64,000 nucleotides of DNA. Origin: Myxococcota bacterium (lineage in GTDB: Bacteria; Myxococcota_C; UBA6777). The stretch is taken from the NCBI GenBank assembly GCA_023150835.1, contig JAKLKB010000041.1, positions 810 through 64,809 of the forward strand. Reading direction: 5' to 3'. Under the pieces are notes generated by a model. It had not been told where the DNA came from, made no database searches, and was given only the letters and a program-made list of their open reading frames with translations. The position numbers were made by a program, and so were the translations under genes. This document shows, piece after piece, positions 1 through 8,806 of the stretch (its first letter is position 1; every line of letters begins with the position of its first letter).

Positions 1-2
1 GC

Positions 3-1439
3 CACCCGACGTACGAACGCGAGCGCCGCAAGATCGAGCGCCAACTTCAAGCGATCCAAGGAGAGGTCGTTTCAGCGACCGTCGACGATCGGCTGCGGAT
101 GATGCGGCGGTGGCTCGAACGCTATGCGACGCAAGGACGGCTGTATCCGACACTTTGGCAGCGCTTTTATCTTTGCTTGTTGCGTTTCGTCCTTGATGCG
201 GATGCCCGCACTCCCCAATACATCCCCTCCGACACAGGGACACTTTGGCACCAACTCGATCACCTCGGACAGATCTTTGATGTCCACGAATGCCGAAAAC
301 TGCTGTCGATCGCCGAACGTGCGCGCTTAACCAAAACGGCGCTCAATCGCATCCGTGGTGCAAGCAACGAACTCACCCAACTCAAGCGCCAAGCATGGGG
401 CGCTTGCTTTGGTGAAGATCTGATCCGCCTGTTGGTGTACGAACGCCTGCTCCAAGAACTCAACGTCCTGATCCTCGGCCCGACCGGCGCAGGAAAAGAA
501 TTGATCGCCCAAGTCCTGCTCGCTGCGGTGGGCGGCGAATGGGACGAGCGCAAACGCGGACAGTTGTGTTGGCACTCACACCGCACAGAAGCCCTCAACC
601 TTGCGGAGTTTCCACGCGACCTGATGGCGGCACAGATCGTCGGCTACAAGCGCGGCGCGTTTACAGGAGCCAACCAAGACTTTCGCGGTGTCATGGCTCG
701 TTGCCACCAAGGGGCTGTTTTTCTCGACGAGATCGGCGAACTCCCCGAAGAAGGCCAAGTCGTTTTATTGCGCGCTCTTGAAACCCGAAGAATCCGCCCT
801 CTCGGAGCCGAATCCACCGAATACGCCGATGCCCGCGTGATCACCGCAACGCACAACGAACTCGACGATATCCAACGCGCTCCACACTTTCGACGTGATC
901 TGTATTTTCGGCTTGCTGGTTCGATCATCCGCGTTCCACCCCTACGCCAACGACGCGAAGATATCTTGCCGATCGCGCTTGGTTTCCTCGATGAATGGGG
1001 ACTTCGTACCCAAGCCAGCATCTACCTCGAAGACCCACGCCACTTGATCACCCAATGGCTCGAAAGCGACGAGATCCGAAAACATCCTTGGCCCGGCAAT
1101 GTCCGCGAACTCAAACGCGCCATCGCACAGCTTTTGCTTGGACGCAGCGATACCCCCCTCCACGCCCCGCCAAGTACCTCTCCATCCCCACTCTTCTCTA
1201 GCACAAGCTCCCCCACTTCCGCCTCCTCCACAGCCCCTCCCTACCCCAAAGAGATCTTGCTCGCCGAATGGACAATGGACCAAGTCAAAGAATGGTATCT
1301 CCAACACGCCCTCCAACACTACCAAGGCAACCAAAACGAAACCGCACGACGCCTCAAAATCCATCGCACCACCATCTACCACACCCTCCGAAGATCCGTG
1401 CGTCCGACCCCTTCTAACCGCAAACCCAGCGCATCCTAA
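3..1439 (+). CDS. Sigma54-dependent transcriptional activator (AAA+ enhancer-binding protein with Fis-type HTH); probably 5'-truncated by the window edge
   Basis: Walker A GPTGAGKE, intact GAFTGA loop, Walker B VFLDEIGE, RRDLYFRL, WPGNVREL, C-terminal HTH (GNQNETARRLKIHRTTIY). The frame of ORF 99..1439 stays open back to position 3. Confidence 0.93.
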   Translation, partial: HPTYERERRKIERQLQAIQGEVVSATVDDRLRMMRRWLERYATQGRLYPTLWQRFYLCLLRFVLDADARTPQYIPSDTGTLWHQLDHLGQIFDVHECRKLLSIAERARLTKTALNRIRGASNELTQLKRQAWGACFGEDLIRLLVYERLLQELNVLILGPTGAGKELIAQVLLAAVGGEWDERKRGQLCWHSHRTEALNLAEFPRDLMAAQIVGYKRGAFTGANQDFRGVMARCHQGAVFLDEIGELPEEGQVVLLRALETRRIRPLGAESTEYADARVITATHNELDDIQRAPHFRRDLYFRLAGSIIRVPPLRQRREDILPIALGFLDEWGLRTQASIYLEDPRHLITQWLESDEIRKHPWPGNVRELKRAIAQLLLGRSDTPLHAPPSTSPSPLFSSTSSPTSASSTAPPYPKEILLAEWTMDQVKEWYLQHALQHYQGNQNETARRLKIHRTTIYHTLRRSVRPTPSNRKPSAS

Positions 1440-1471
1440 ATGTGCGGTGACTTCGTGAGGAGACGCGAAAC

Positions 1472-1972
1472 TTGAGCCAACCAACACCGCCCGAAGACTT
1501 CCTCCACGACTTCCCTCAATTTGTGGGAAAGCTGCTTGAGGCCACCACCGCCACCCACCCACCGTCTCCCCAAAAAGAGATGCCCCCTCCCCTTGCCAAC
1601 CTCTGGCTCGCCGCAAGCGCAAGCCTCGGTCTCACCGTACTCACCCGCGTCGTCAACGACTCTCCCCAACTCCACGCCATCCTCGAACAATACACCGATC
1701 ACCCCATCCATCCGACCCGCCACGAACATCACGCCTCCAAACTCTCCCTCGGAAGCACCCTGCACAACCTTTCCTCTGGACTTGCCATCGACGCAGACAG
1801 CCTCGCTCAACAACAGCAATACCTCTTCCTTCTCGAACGCCTCGAAGAAGACTTCCGCCTGCTCCAACAAGAACGCCACACCCTCGCCCTCACCCCCGAA
1901 GAGATCGCCACCGAGATCGAAGAACTTTTCACCACCACCCTCTATTCCCTCACCCGCCTGCAACGCCCCTAG
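1472..1972 (+). CDS. Hypothetical helical protein (166 aa)
   Basis: GAGGAG upstream of a TTG start; follows the activator gene by 32 bp; protein-like composition; no recognisable motif. Confidence 0.6.
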   Translation: MSQPTPPEDFLHDFPQFVGKLLEATTATHPPSPQKEMPPPLANLWLAASASLGLTVLTRVVNDSPQLHAILEQYTDHPIHPTRHEHHASKLSLGSTLHNLSSGLAIDADSLAQQQQYLFLLERLEEDFRLLQQERHTLALTPEEIATEIEELFTTTLYSLTRLQRP

Positions 1973-2004
1973 AGTATCCGCGTATTCCTTCGCTTCGGCG
2001 GGCG

Positions 2005-3690
2005 CTACGGCACCAACAAAGCCGACCCAACGGGCGGATAAGCAGGATACGAACCGTCGCGTGCCACAAGCTGCGGATTGGTCTTTAAGATCGCCTGAAC
2101 GGACACCCCGCGCATATAAGCGATCATCTCTAACGTCTCGCCTTGTCGAACGATGTGCATGCGTCCGCCCGCAGCGGTGGGTTCGCCGTCTTCAGTTTCC
2201 CATGCTGGGGGAGGCATGGCCTCGCGTCCTGCGTGACGCATCACAGGCAGGGGCGCATCGTGAAAAGGTGAGTTGGAGTGTTGTCGAACATACTGGTAAG
2301 ACTCGCTGGGAGCGGCTTGTGCGGCCCATCCTGCCCGTCCCACCGCACCGTGAACCGTTTGGTCTGGATCGAGGTCCACGTTGTCAAGCTCGGCTTGGCC
2401 GATGTTGTTGAGCGCGTTGCGCTGGTGATGAAACCAATTGGCTTGTCCAGCCTGCTTTCCAACAACCCCCGCCATCGTTGAATCCGCATCAAGCTGCACG
2501 CCCTCTAGCTCGGCTTGACCGAGACTATTGAACTGGTTGCGTTGCTGATGATGCCAACTGCCCTTGGCTCCGGCACTTCCGACCACCACATCCACCGTCG
2601 ACTCGCCTTCCAACTGGATTCCGCTCTCTGCCCGTTCAAGGGTGTTGAACTGATTGCGTTGTTGATGATGCCAACTGCCCTTGGCTCCGGCACTTCCGAC
2701 CACCACATCCACCGTCGACTCGATCTCCAACTGCACTCCGTCTAGCTCGACCTGACCGAGGCTATTAAACTGATTGCGTTGTTGGTGATGCCAACTGCCC
2801 TTGGCTCCGGCACTTCCAAGCACCACGTCCACCGTCGACTCGATCTCCAACTGCACGCCCTCCAGCTCGACTTGGCCGAGGCTATTGAACTGATTGCGCT
2901 GTTGATGATGCCAACTGCCCTTGGCTCCTGCGCGTCCGACCACGGCATCTCGGGTGGATTCGGAGTCGAATTGGAGATCTTGGGCAAGCTCCGAACGGCC
3001 CAAGCTGTTGAGCGCGTTGGGTTGGTGATGTTGCCAACCTCCTTTGCCGACCATCGCAGCCATCGTGCTTTCGGGATCGAATAATTCTTGTGGTGAGATG
3101 TTGCCTTCACCGTCCCGATTCAAGGGGGTGACACGCGGCTTGGGTTGATTCGGCGCACGAAGCCTCGGCTTTTTCGGCCCTTCAAAAACATCCCCTGCTA
3201 CGCCTTCGACAACGGGCGCAGCAGGGGCCTCTTCGGGCTTTTTTTTCAAACGAAGTCCCACAGCGGTTTTTTGCCACCATTTCGCGAAACGAGAACCTAC
3301 ACGCGAAAAAAAGCTTGGAGGGTCTGCGCTTGGGTGAGCCTGTTGTTTTTGTGCTTCTTCGGCCAATCGCTGTTTCTCGGCATGGAGTGCGGCTTCGTTT
3401 AGCACAGCCACCGAGGAACTCGGTGCAGCGGAAGGCACAACAGGCCGTCCGCCCACAGATGCCGCAGCGGCCTGTTGTAGCTTGGCTTGGTTTTCTGGGT
3501 TGTTGAGCGCGACAGAAGGCGGTGAGTTCGAGGGTTTTGCGTCGTTCGGCTTTTCCTCGACCACACCATGCAAGACCGCCTTGGCATGACGGATGTACGA
3601 CATCGACATCTTGTCTTGCATCTCTTCAAGCGGAACTTGGGCGCGCTCTTTCTTTTTTGCGGGGGATTTGGGATCTTGTTCTTTTGCCAT
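2005..3690 (-). CDS. Repeat protein with C-terminal LysM domain
   Basis: C-terminal HIVRQGETLEMIAYMRGVSVQAILKTNPQL fits LysM; six ~40-aa internal repeats; no signal peptide. Confidence 0.8.
   Translation of the reverse strand: MAKEQDPKSPAKKKERAQVPLEEMQDKMSMSYIRHAKAVLHGVVEEKPNDAKPSNSPPSVALNNPENQAKLQQAAAASVGGRPVVPSAAPSSSVAVLNEAALHAEKQRLAEEAQKQQAHPSADPPSFFSRVGSRFAKWWQKTAVGLRLKKKPEEAPAAPVVEGVAGDVFEGPKKPRLRAPNQPKPRVTPLNRDGEGNISPQELFDPESTMAAMVGKGGWQHHQPNALNSLGRSELAQDLQFDSESTRDAVVGRAGAKGSWHHQQRNQFNSLGQVELEGVQLEIESTVDVVLGSAGAKGSWHHQQRNQFNSLGQVELDGVQLEIESTVDVVVGSAGAKGSWHHQQRNQFNTLERAESGIQLEGESTVDVVVGSAGAKGSWHHQQRNQFNSLGQAELEGVQLDADSTMAGVVGKQAGQANWFHHQRNALNNIGQAELDNVDLDPDQTVHGAVGRAGWAAQAAPSESYQYVRQHSNSPFHDAPLPVMRHAGREAMPPPAWETEDGEPTAAGGRMHIVRQGETLEMIAYMRGVSVQAILKTNPQLVARDGSYPAYPPVGSALLVP
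2325..3084 (-). repeat. Coding tandem repeat, ~120 bp (40 aa) x6
   Basis: Unit GSWHHQQRNQFNSLGQxELxGVQLxxESTVDVVxGSAGAK, visible in both DNA and protein. Confidence 0.9.
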
Positions 3691-3721
3691 CTTCGCGATG
3701 CCTACAACCTACTCACCGAAC

Positions 3722-5506
3722 TTACAGATCGATCTTCACATCTTCGGAAAAGGGCTTGGATGGGCGCACGACAGGAGGGGCCTTGCGCGTTGGAGTGACA
3801 CGCCGAACGGGAGGGGCTTTTCGCTTCCACGCTTTCTTTCGGCGGATGGACGGGGCCTGTGGGCGCGTCCGCAAAACAGGTACACGAAGCGATGGAGCCA
3901 CGTTTCCACGCACGATCACGGAAAGTTTTTCAAGCGCGAATGTGCGCTCGACGTTGGTGCTGTTCATCGGAAAAAGCACTTCGATCCTTTTGGTGTGGTA
4001 GCCTTTGCGTTTGAGCGTCAACAAAAGCTGCTCCCCGGGTTTTCTTTGTAGCGGACAAGGCGTCAAACACAGGTAGTTTCGACGCTCCCACACTTCGACT
4101 GCGACGGGATCGGATTTGATCAAGACACGCGCATCGTTGCTGTTCTCGCTGGAGCCTGTGGTGACGGGGGGAGGCAACAACAGCTTGGGATCTTCTTTCC
4201 AAAGGCCCGACATCACAACGCCCGCCAAGATCACCATCCCCACGCCCAACGCCACCACAAGTCCCCACAAGAACGGCGAGCGATGCGTTGGAGGTGTGGC
4301 GTTTTGTTTGTGCCCGGGCAGCGCCAACGTCCCGACAGGAGAGGCTTTGAGGGCTGCTGTCACAGGAAGAGACGAGCGCCCGCTTGCGCTTTGTGCGTAG
4401 CTATCGTGAAGCGATTGGCCGCTTGGAAGTCCCGAAGGTAGGCTATCCCGCAAGTTTTCTGCCACGGTCATATCGGGGGTGGGCTGTTGATAGCCATAAC
4501 GTTCCAACTGGGTGCGAAAAGCCACCTCAAAATCTGCCCAAAAAGCCGAGATATGGGCGTAACGATCTGCAGGGGTTTTTTCGAGCACTTTTTGGAAGAC
4601 AGCTTCCATCTGCGGAACCCACGATTGATGCGGGCAGGATTGGGCGAGAGGAGGGGGCGGATCGAGCAGGTGTTGGCGCAATAGCGCGGCGAAAGAGTCG
4701 CCTCGAAAAGGTGGTCGGCCCGTCAAAAGCTCGTAGGCAAGGACGCCCAACGAGTAGATATCAGCGCGTGCATCGACGTGGCGCGTGTTGCCTTCGGCTT
4801 GTTCGGGGGACATATAGGTCGGCGACCCCATACAGGCACCTGATTGCGTAAGAGAGCCATCTTCGGCCATCGCAGCGATCCCAAAGTCCAGCAGCTTGAC
4901 GATATCGCCTTGAGGGCCCGGCATCAAAAAGACGTTGCCCGGCTTGAGGTCACGGTGGATGATGCCCTTGCTGTGGATATAATCGAGCGACGAACACAAC
5001 TGATACATCGCCGACATCACCCACTCCCCTGTGATCGGCTCATGCTTCTTGATCACACGTTGCAGCGTGCGCCCCTCCAGATATTCCATCACAAGATAAT
5101 AAAAATTGTAGCCTTCCAAGAAGCCGAACTCTTGGACACGAACGACGTTGGGGTGGTTCAACTGGCCCATTGCGCGGGCTTCTCGACGAAAACGCTCGAC
5201 CGCTTCTTCGTGACCTTGGAGATTCAGATTCATCACCTTGACGGCCAAAGAATGTTGCGTATCGAGATGTACCGCCCGATACACCGCCCCGAAACCACCC
5301 TGACCGATCTTTTGCACAAGCTGCAAACGCTGGATCATCTGCCCAAGCAGCGGATCTTGCGCTTGCGGCAGACCTTGCGGGGGGGCTGGCCCCCAAGCCT
5401 GCGAAGGAGCCACCATCGCCGAAGGACCGCTCGCCCCACCACCATACGAGGAAGACGCCCCACCAAACGATGACCGCCAGTCTGCTCCGTGAGAATGGTG
5501 ACTCAT
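3722..5506 (-). CDS. Hanks-type Ser/Thr protein kinase with TM helix and PEGA-like domain
   Basis: IGQGGFGAVY, AVKVM, HRDLKPGN, DFG, GSPTYMSPEQ, DIYSLG; TM FLWGLVVALGVGMVILAGVV; PEGA-like IKSDP...TPC...KRKGY. Confidence 0.95.
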   Translation of the reverse strand: MSHHSHGADWRSSFGGASSSYGGGASGPSAMVAPSQAWGPAPPQGLPQAQDPLLGQMIQRLQLVQKIGQGGFGAVYRAVHLDTQHSLAVKVMNLNLQGHEEAVERFRREARAMGQLNHPNVVRVQEFGFLEGYNFYYLVMEYLEGRTLQRVIKKHEPITGEWVMSAMYQLCSSLDYIHSKGIIHRDLKPGNVFLMPGPQGDIVKLLDFGIAAMAEDGSLTQSGACMGSPTYMSPEQAEGNTRHVDARADIYSLGVLAYELLTGRPPFRGDSFAALLRQHLLDPPPPLAQSCPHQSWVPQMEAVFQKVLEKTPADRYAHISAFWADFEVAFRTQLERYGYQQPTPDMTVAENLRDSLPSGLPSGQSLHDSYAQSASGRSSLPVTAALKASPVGTLALPGHKQNATPPTHRSPFLWGLVVALGVGMVILAGVVMSGLWKEDPKLLLPPPVTTGSSENSNDARVLIKSDPVAVEVWERRNYLCLTPCPLQRKPGEQLLLTLKRKGYHTKRIEVLFPMNSTNVERTFALEKLSVIVRGNVAPSLRVPVLRTRPQAPSIRRKKAWKRKAPPVRRVTPTRKAPPVVRPSKPFSEDVKIDL

Positions 5507-5671
5507 GTTCTATTCCGGCAGCCACGCCGCCTTTTGCGGCATCAACCAGACTGCCTCTCCTTTCGTTGTGGAGCGTTTTGCGGATCAGCCCATCCAGCCC
5601 CATCGCTGCGACCTTGAGCCATCCACCACCAAACCGCGCTTTTCGTCCGAAAAAGCGCACACATAAACGCG

Positions 5672-5700
5672 AGAGTAGTCTTGTCGGCAATCCCTGTCAA
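5672..5700 (-). promoter_or_regulatory. Putative sigma70 promoter for the kinase-LysM pair
   Basis: Minus strand reads TTGACA-17 nt-TACTCT. Confidence 0.55.
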
Positions 5701-5832
5701 GCCAACCGCTCGCTCGAAACGCGATGACTGCAAAAACGACCGTCTCTTCCGCGCTCCCTGTCAAGCCATCCGCTCGCTCGAAACGCGATGACTGCAAAAA
5801 CGACCGTCTCTTCCGCGCTCCCTGTCAAGCCA
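5691..5832. repeat. 64-bp tandem duplication (2.2 copies) in divergent intergenic region
   Basis: tccctgtcaagcca starts at 5691, 5755 and 5819; the intervening sequence is nearly identical. Confidence 0.92.
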
Positions 5833-5952
5833 ACGGGCCGCCCACACAAGGCACACACCCTCGGACACTTTTAGCAAAGACTTGCGCTTGCGCTTTGCCT
5901 CGGGCATCCTACCCCGTACTCTACGACCGCTGGCCCTCACGGAATCACGGAG

Positions 5953-6903
5953 ATGTCCATGTCCTCTTGTTTTTCCCAAATCCTCCGCTCCATCGCACTC
6001 AGCGCGATCCTTCTACTCCCCTTCGGAACGCTCCGCGCCCAGCAACGCTATGACGCTTATCGTGAGGAAGTCCAAAAACTCTTCCAACAAGGCAAAGAAC
6101 TCGCCGCAAAACGCGATTACAAGCGCAGTCTCGTCAAACTCAAAGCGGCCTTTCGGCTCCTGCGCGATATGGAGGCAGAAGCTCGTACCGACGAACAGAC
6201 CGCCAAGATCAAAAAAAGCCGAATCAGTTTCCTGTATTTTATCGGTCGCGTCCATGAACTCGACGGCAATCTGCGCGATGCTGTCGAGTATTACAGCCGT
6301 TGCATCCAACAAGATCCCAACAGCACCGCCGCACAAGCTGCACAACGCGCTCTCCACGCACTCACCCCCCGCGTTCAAGCCACCCTTCGCATCGAAAGTA
6401 TCCCCTCTCGGGTCTCGCTTCAACTCACCGATCCACGCGGAAACACCTACACCCGCCAAACCCCCACGACCTTTCAACTCCTACCCGGAAAACACAAGAT
6501 TACCCTCCAAAAAAAAGGCTTCACCCCCGAAAAACGCACCCTCGATCTCGACCCCAACGCCGATCAGCGCGTCTCGATCCGCCTTCTGCCCCTCCTCAAA
6601 AAAACCACCCCGCCCACACAACCTCCCCCGCCCACCCGCAACGCATGGGGCATCGTCGGATGGGTCGGCATCGGCATCGGAGCCGCCGCCGTCATCACCG
6701 CGACTTCGTTGTTGGTCGTCGTCAACGGCCAAGTGACCAGTATCGAACAAAAGCTCGGACAGCCCGGCGTTTCCACACTGCAACTCCACAACGACCTCTC
6801 CACCGCCCAAAGCATGGAGATCGGCGCAATCGCTTCCTTTGGTGTCGCCGCTGCCGCTCTTGGACTCGGGATCACTGGACTGATCATCGCCTCCCAAAAA
6901 TAA
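5953..6903 (+). CDS. Secreted/membrane TPR + PEGA domain protein
   Basis: Signal peptide (..LRA-QQ), TPR-like helices (LYFIGRVHELDGNLRDAVEYYSR), PEGA-like IESIP...PGKHKITLQKKGF, hydrophobic C-terminal helices. Confidence 0.85.
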   Translation: MSMSSCFSQILRSIALSAILLLPFGTLRAQQRYDAYREEVQKLFQQGKELAAKRDYKRSLVKLKAAFRLLRDMEAEARTDEQTAKIKKSRISFLYFIGRVHELDGNLRDAVEYYSRCIQQDPNSTAAQAAQRALHALTPRVQATLRIESIPSRVSLQLTDPRGNTYTRQTPTTFQLLPGKHKITLQKKGFTPEKRTLDLDPNADQRVSIRLLPLLKKTTPPTQPPPPTRNAWGIVGWVGIGIGAAAVITATSLLVVVNGQVTSIEQKLGQPGVSTLQLHNDLSTAQSMEIGAIASFGVAAAALGLGITGLIIASQK

Positions 6904-6916
6904 GAAACCAAACATC

Positions 6917-8482
6917 TCAAAAGACTGGACACGACCACACACGAATCGCCTGAGCCGCAGCAGCGGCCAAACGCAAGCTGTCTGCTGACCAAGCCAACCC
7001 AAGCACGTTTTCGGATGCTGTCCCCGATATCCCGCTAAATACGATGTTTTGGCGTGCCCATGTTTTTGTGTCCCACACAAACACGCGGTTGCTTGTCGTC
7101 GAAGCCGCCAACCAAGCACCATTCGGACTAAACGCCACACGACGCACCGTCCCCACACCCTCCAACATCAACGTGCGATCCGTCTCGACATTGTCCAGAT
7201 CTTTCACCACCAACTTGTCTGCACCCATCGCCAACCACCGCCCTTGCGGGTGGATATCCAGCCCCCACACGATCCCCATCTTGTCCTTCACCAACGTGTG
7301 CTTGATCGTGTTGATATCGCCTCCGATCGGCCAACGGAAGACTGCCCCGCTATCCGATCCCGAGTACAGTTCTTTGCGCGTGGAATGATACACCAGCGAG
7401 TAGACTCGGCTCAAATGTCCCTTCAATGAACCGAGATAGCCTCCGTTGTACACACCCCATGCACGGATCACTTCGTCGTCGCCGCCTGTAAAAAGCGTAT
7501 CTTCTTGTCCAAAAATCGCAACCTGTACGTTGCCTTCATGCGCAGTCTTGTTCGGCGTGCTCGGATCGATCAGTTCGCGGATCTCTTTGCCCGTTTCGGC
7601 CTCCCACAACTTGACACGTGCGTTGTAATCTCCCGTTGCAAGGATCTTTTGATCTCGATGTAAAGCCAACGCAGCGATCGGTTGTTGCTGGGATCCACCT
7701 CTCGCGGGATTCATCACAAACAACGGCTTTGCCTCCAAAGATGCACCCCACGCAACGACACCGTCCGTACTCGACGAATACAGCACGCCTTTGAAAGAAA
7801 AAAGCATCTGCAACACCAAAAATCCCCGATGTGCGGCCTCGATACTCTTTAAGTTTCCTTCGCCACCCGGCAAACAACAAGGTTCATCCGTACGACCATT
7901 GCAATTGCTGTCCACGTTGTCATCACAACGCTCCGCTGTGGGCCGCTGATCTCCTTGGCATACCAGCCAACGCCCCGTCTCATGGCAGTTTTGTGTCCCT
8001 TCGACGCAGGCTCCCACCCCCTTCAACGTCGATGGCCCGCTATAACAAGACCGCGTGCTTCCCGCATCGCAAGCCTCTTCGGTTGGATCAAACTCGGGCA
8101 TCGGCTCCGCTTCGGGTACAGGCTCCGCTTCGGGCAATGATTCCCCTGCATCGGCCTGTTCTTCGGTCGATGCGATAATCTCCAAATCCCCTTCTTGCGT
8201 CCCCACAACGCACGTCCCTGATCGACACACCCGACCACTCTGACAATCCGCATCGCGTGCGCACTGCCGACACAACGCACCCACGCAAAAAGGCCGATCC
8301 TTCGAGCAATCCGATTCTTCTTTGCACTCCAAACGCACGCGCCCTGTGCAAGACAACCCCGACCACCACAACAAACCCAACAAGCCTCCACACAGCGCGT
8401 ACCACAAGCTCCTCGAATGCCCTACCCCTCGATACGTCGCCTTTTCTGATCTTTGCCCAGATACCCGCATTCTCAACACCAT
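6917..8482 (-). CDS. Cys-rich lipoprotein with C-terminal WD40 beta-propeller (start uncertain; ORF open to 8698)
   Basis: Lipobox-like GLSC; Cys-rich C-x4-DC modules; DSNCNGRTDE; WD repeats (ATGDYNARVKLWE, TGGDDEVIRAWG, LKGHLSRVYSL, VFVWD). Confidence 0.85.
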   Translation of the reverse strand: MVLRMRVSGQRSEKATYRGVGHSRSLWYALCGGLLGLLWWSGLSCTGRVRLECKEESDCSKDRPFCVGALCRQCARDADCQSGRVCRSGTCVVGTQEGDLEIIASTEEQADAGESLPEAEPVPEAEPMPEFDPTEEACDAGSTRSCYSGPSTLKGVGACVEGTQNCHETGRWLVCQGDQRPTAERCDDNVDSNCNGRTDEPCCLPGGEGNLKSIEAAHRGFLVLQMLFSFKGVLYSSSTDGVVAWGASLEAKPLFVMNPARGGSQQQPIAALALHRDQKILATGDYNARVKLWEAETGKEIRELIDPSTPNKTAHEGNVQVAIFGQEDTLFTGGDDEVIRAWGVYNGGYLGSLKGHLSRVYSLVYHSTRKELYSGSDSGAVFRWPIGGDINTIKHTLVKDKMGIVWGLDIHPQGRWLAMGADKLVVKDLDNVETDRTLMLEGVGTVRRVAFSPNGAWLAASTTSNRVFVWDTKTWARQNIVFSGISGTASENVLGLAWSADSLRLAAAAAQAIRVWSCPVF

Positions 8483-8806
8483 CGGCTCACCCAACATCAC
8501 TTGCAAACACGCCCAAGCAGCCCTCATCGGCTTGCAAATACGCCCAATTAGCCCTTCGCAAGACGAACCTTTCCACGCACCACAAAGCCCCCACCGCTCT
8601 TCTGTGTGTAGCATCCACGCTCGCACACCACAAGCAGAGTCTCCGCAAAAGCATACTCGCAACACTTCGTTACGCTCGCCCCTAACAACGCGACACACTT
8701 GTCACAAATGGATGCCAACACTCGATTTTTTTTCGCGTCCTGTGATACCTTGTCAAGGTCTGTCTCGTGAGGCCTCGCTCTTCACTGACCATGAGGAAAC
8801 CACACC

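Noticed and set aside
3-1439. This sigma54 activator as regulator of the candidate ncRNA
   Set aside because: It lies 27 kb away and such genomes encode many activators; nothing in the sequence links them.
2005-3690. Multi-core RiPP precursor
   Set aside because: No modifying enzyme, peptidase or exporter is adjacent, and the repeats sit inside a LysM protein.
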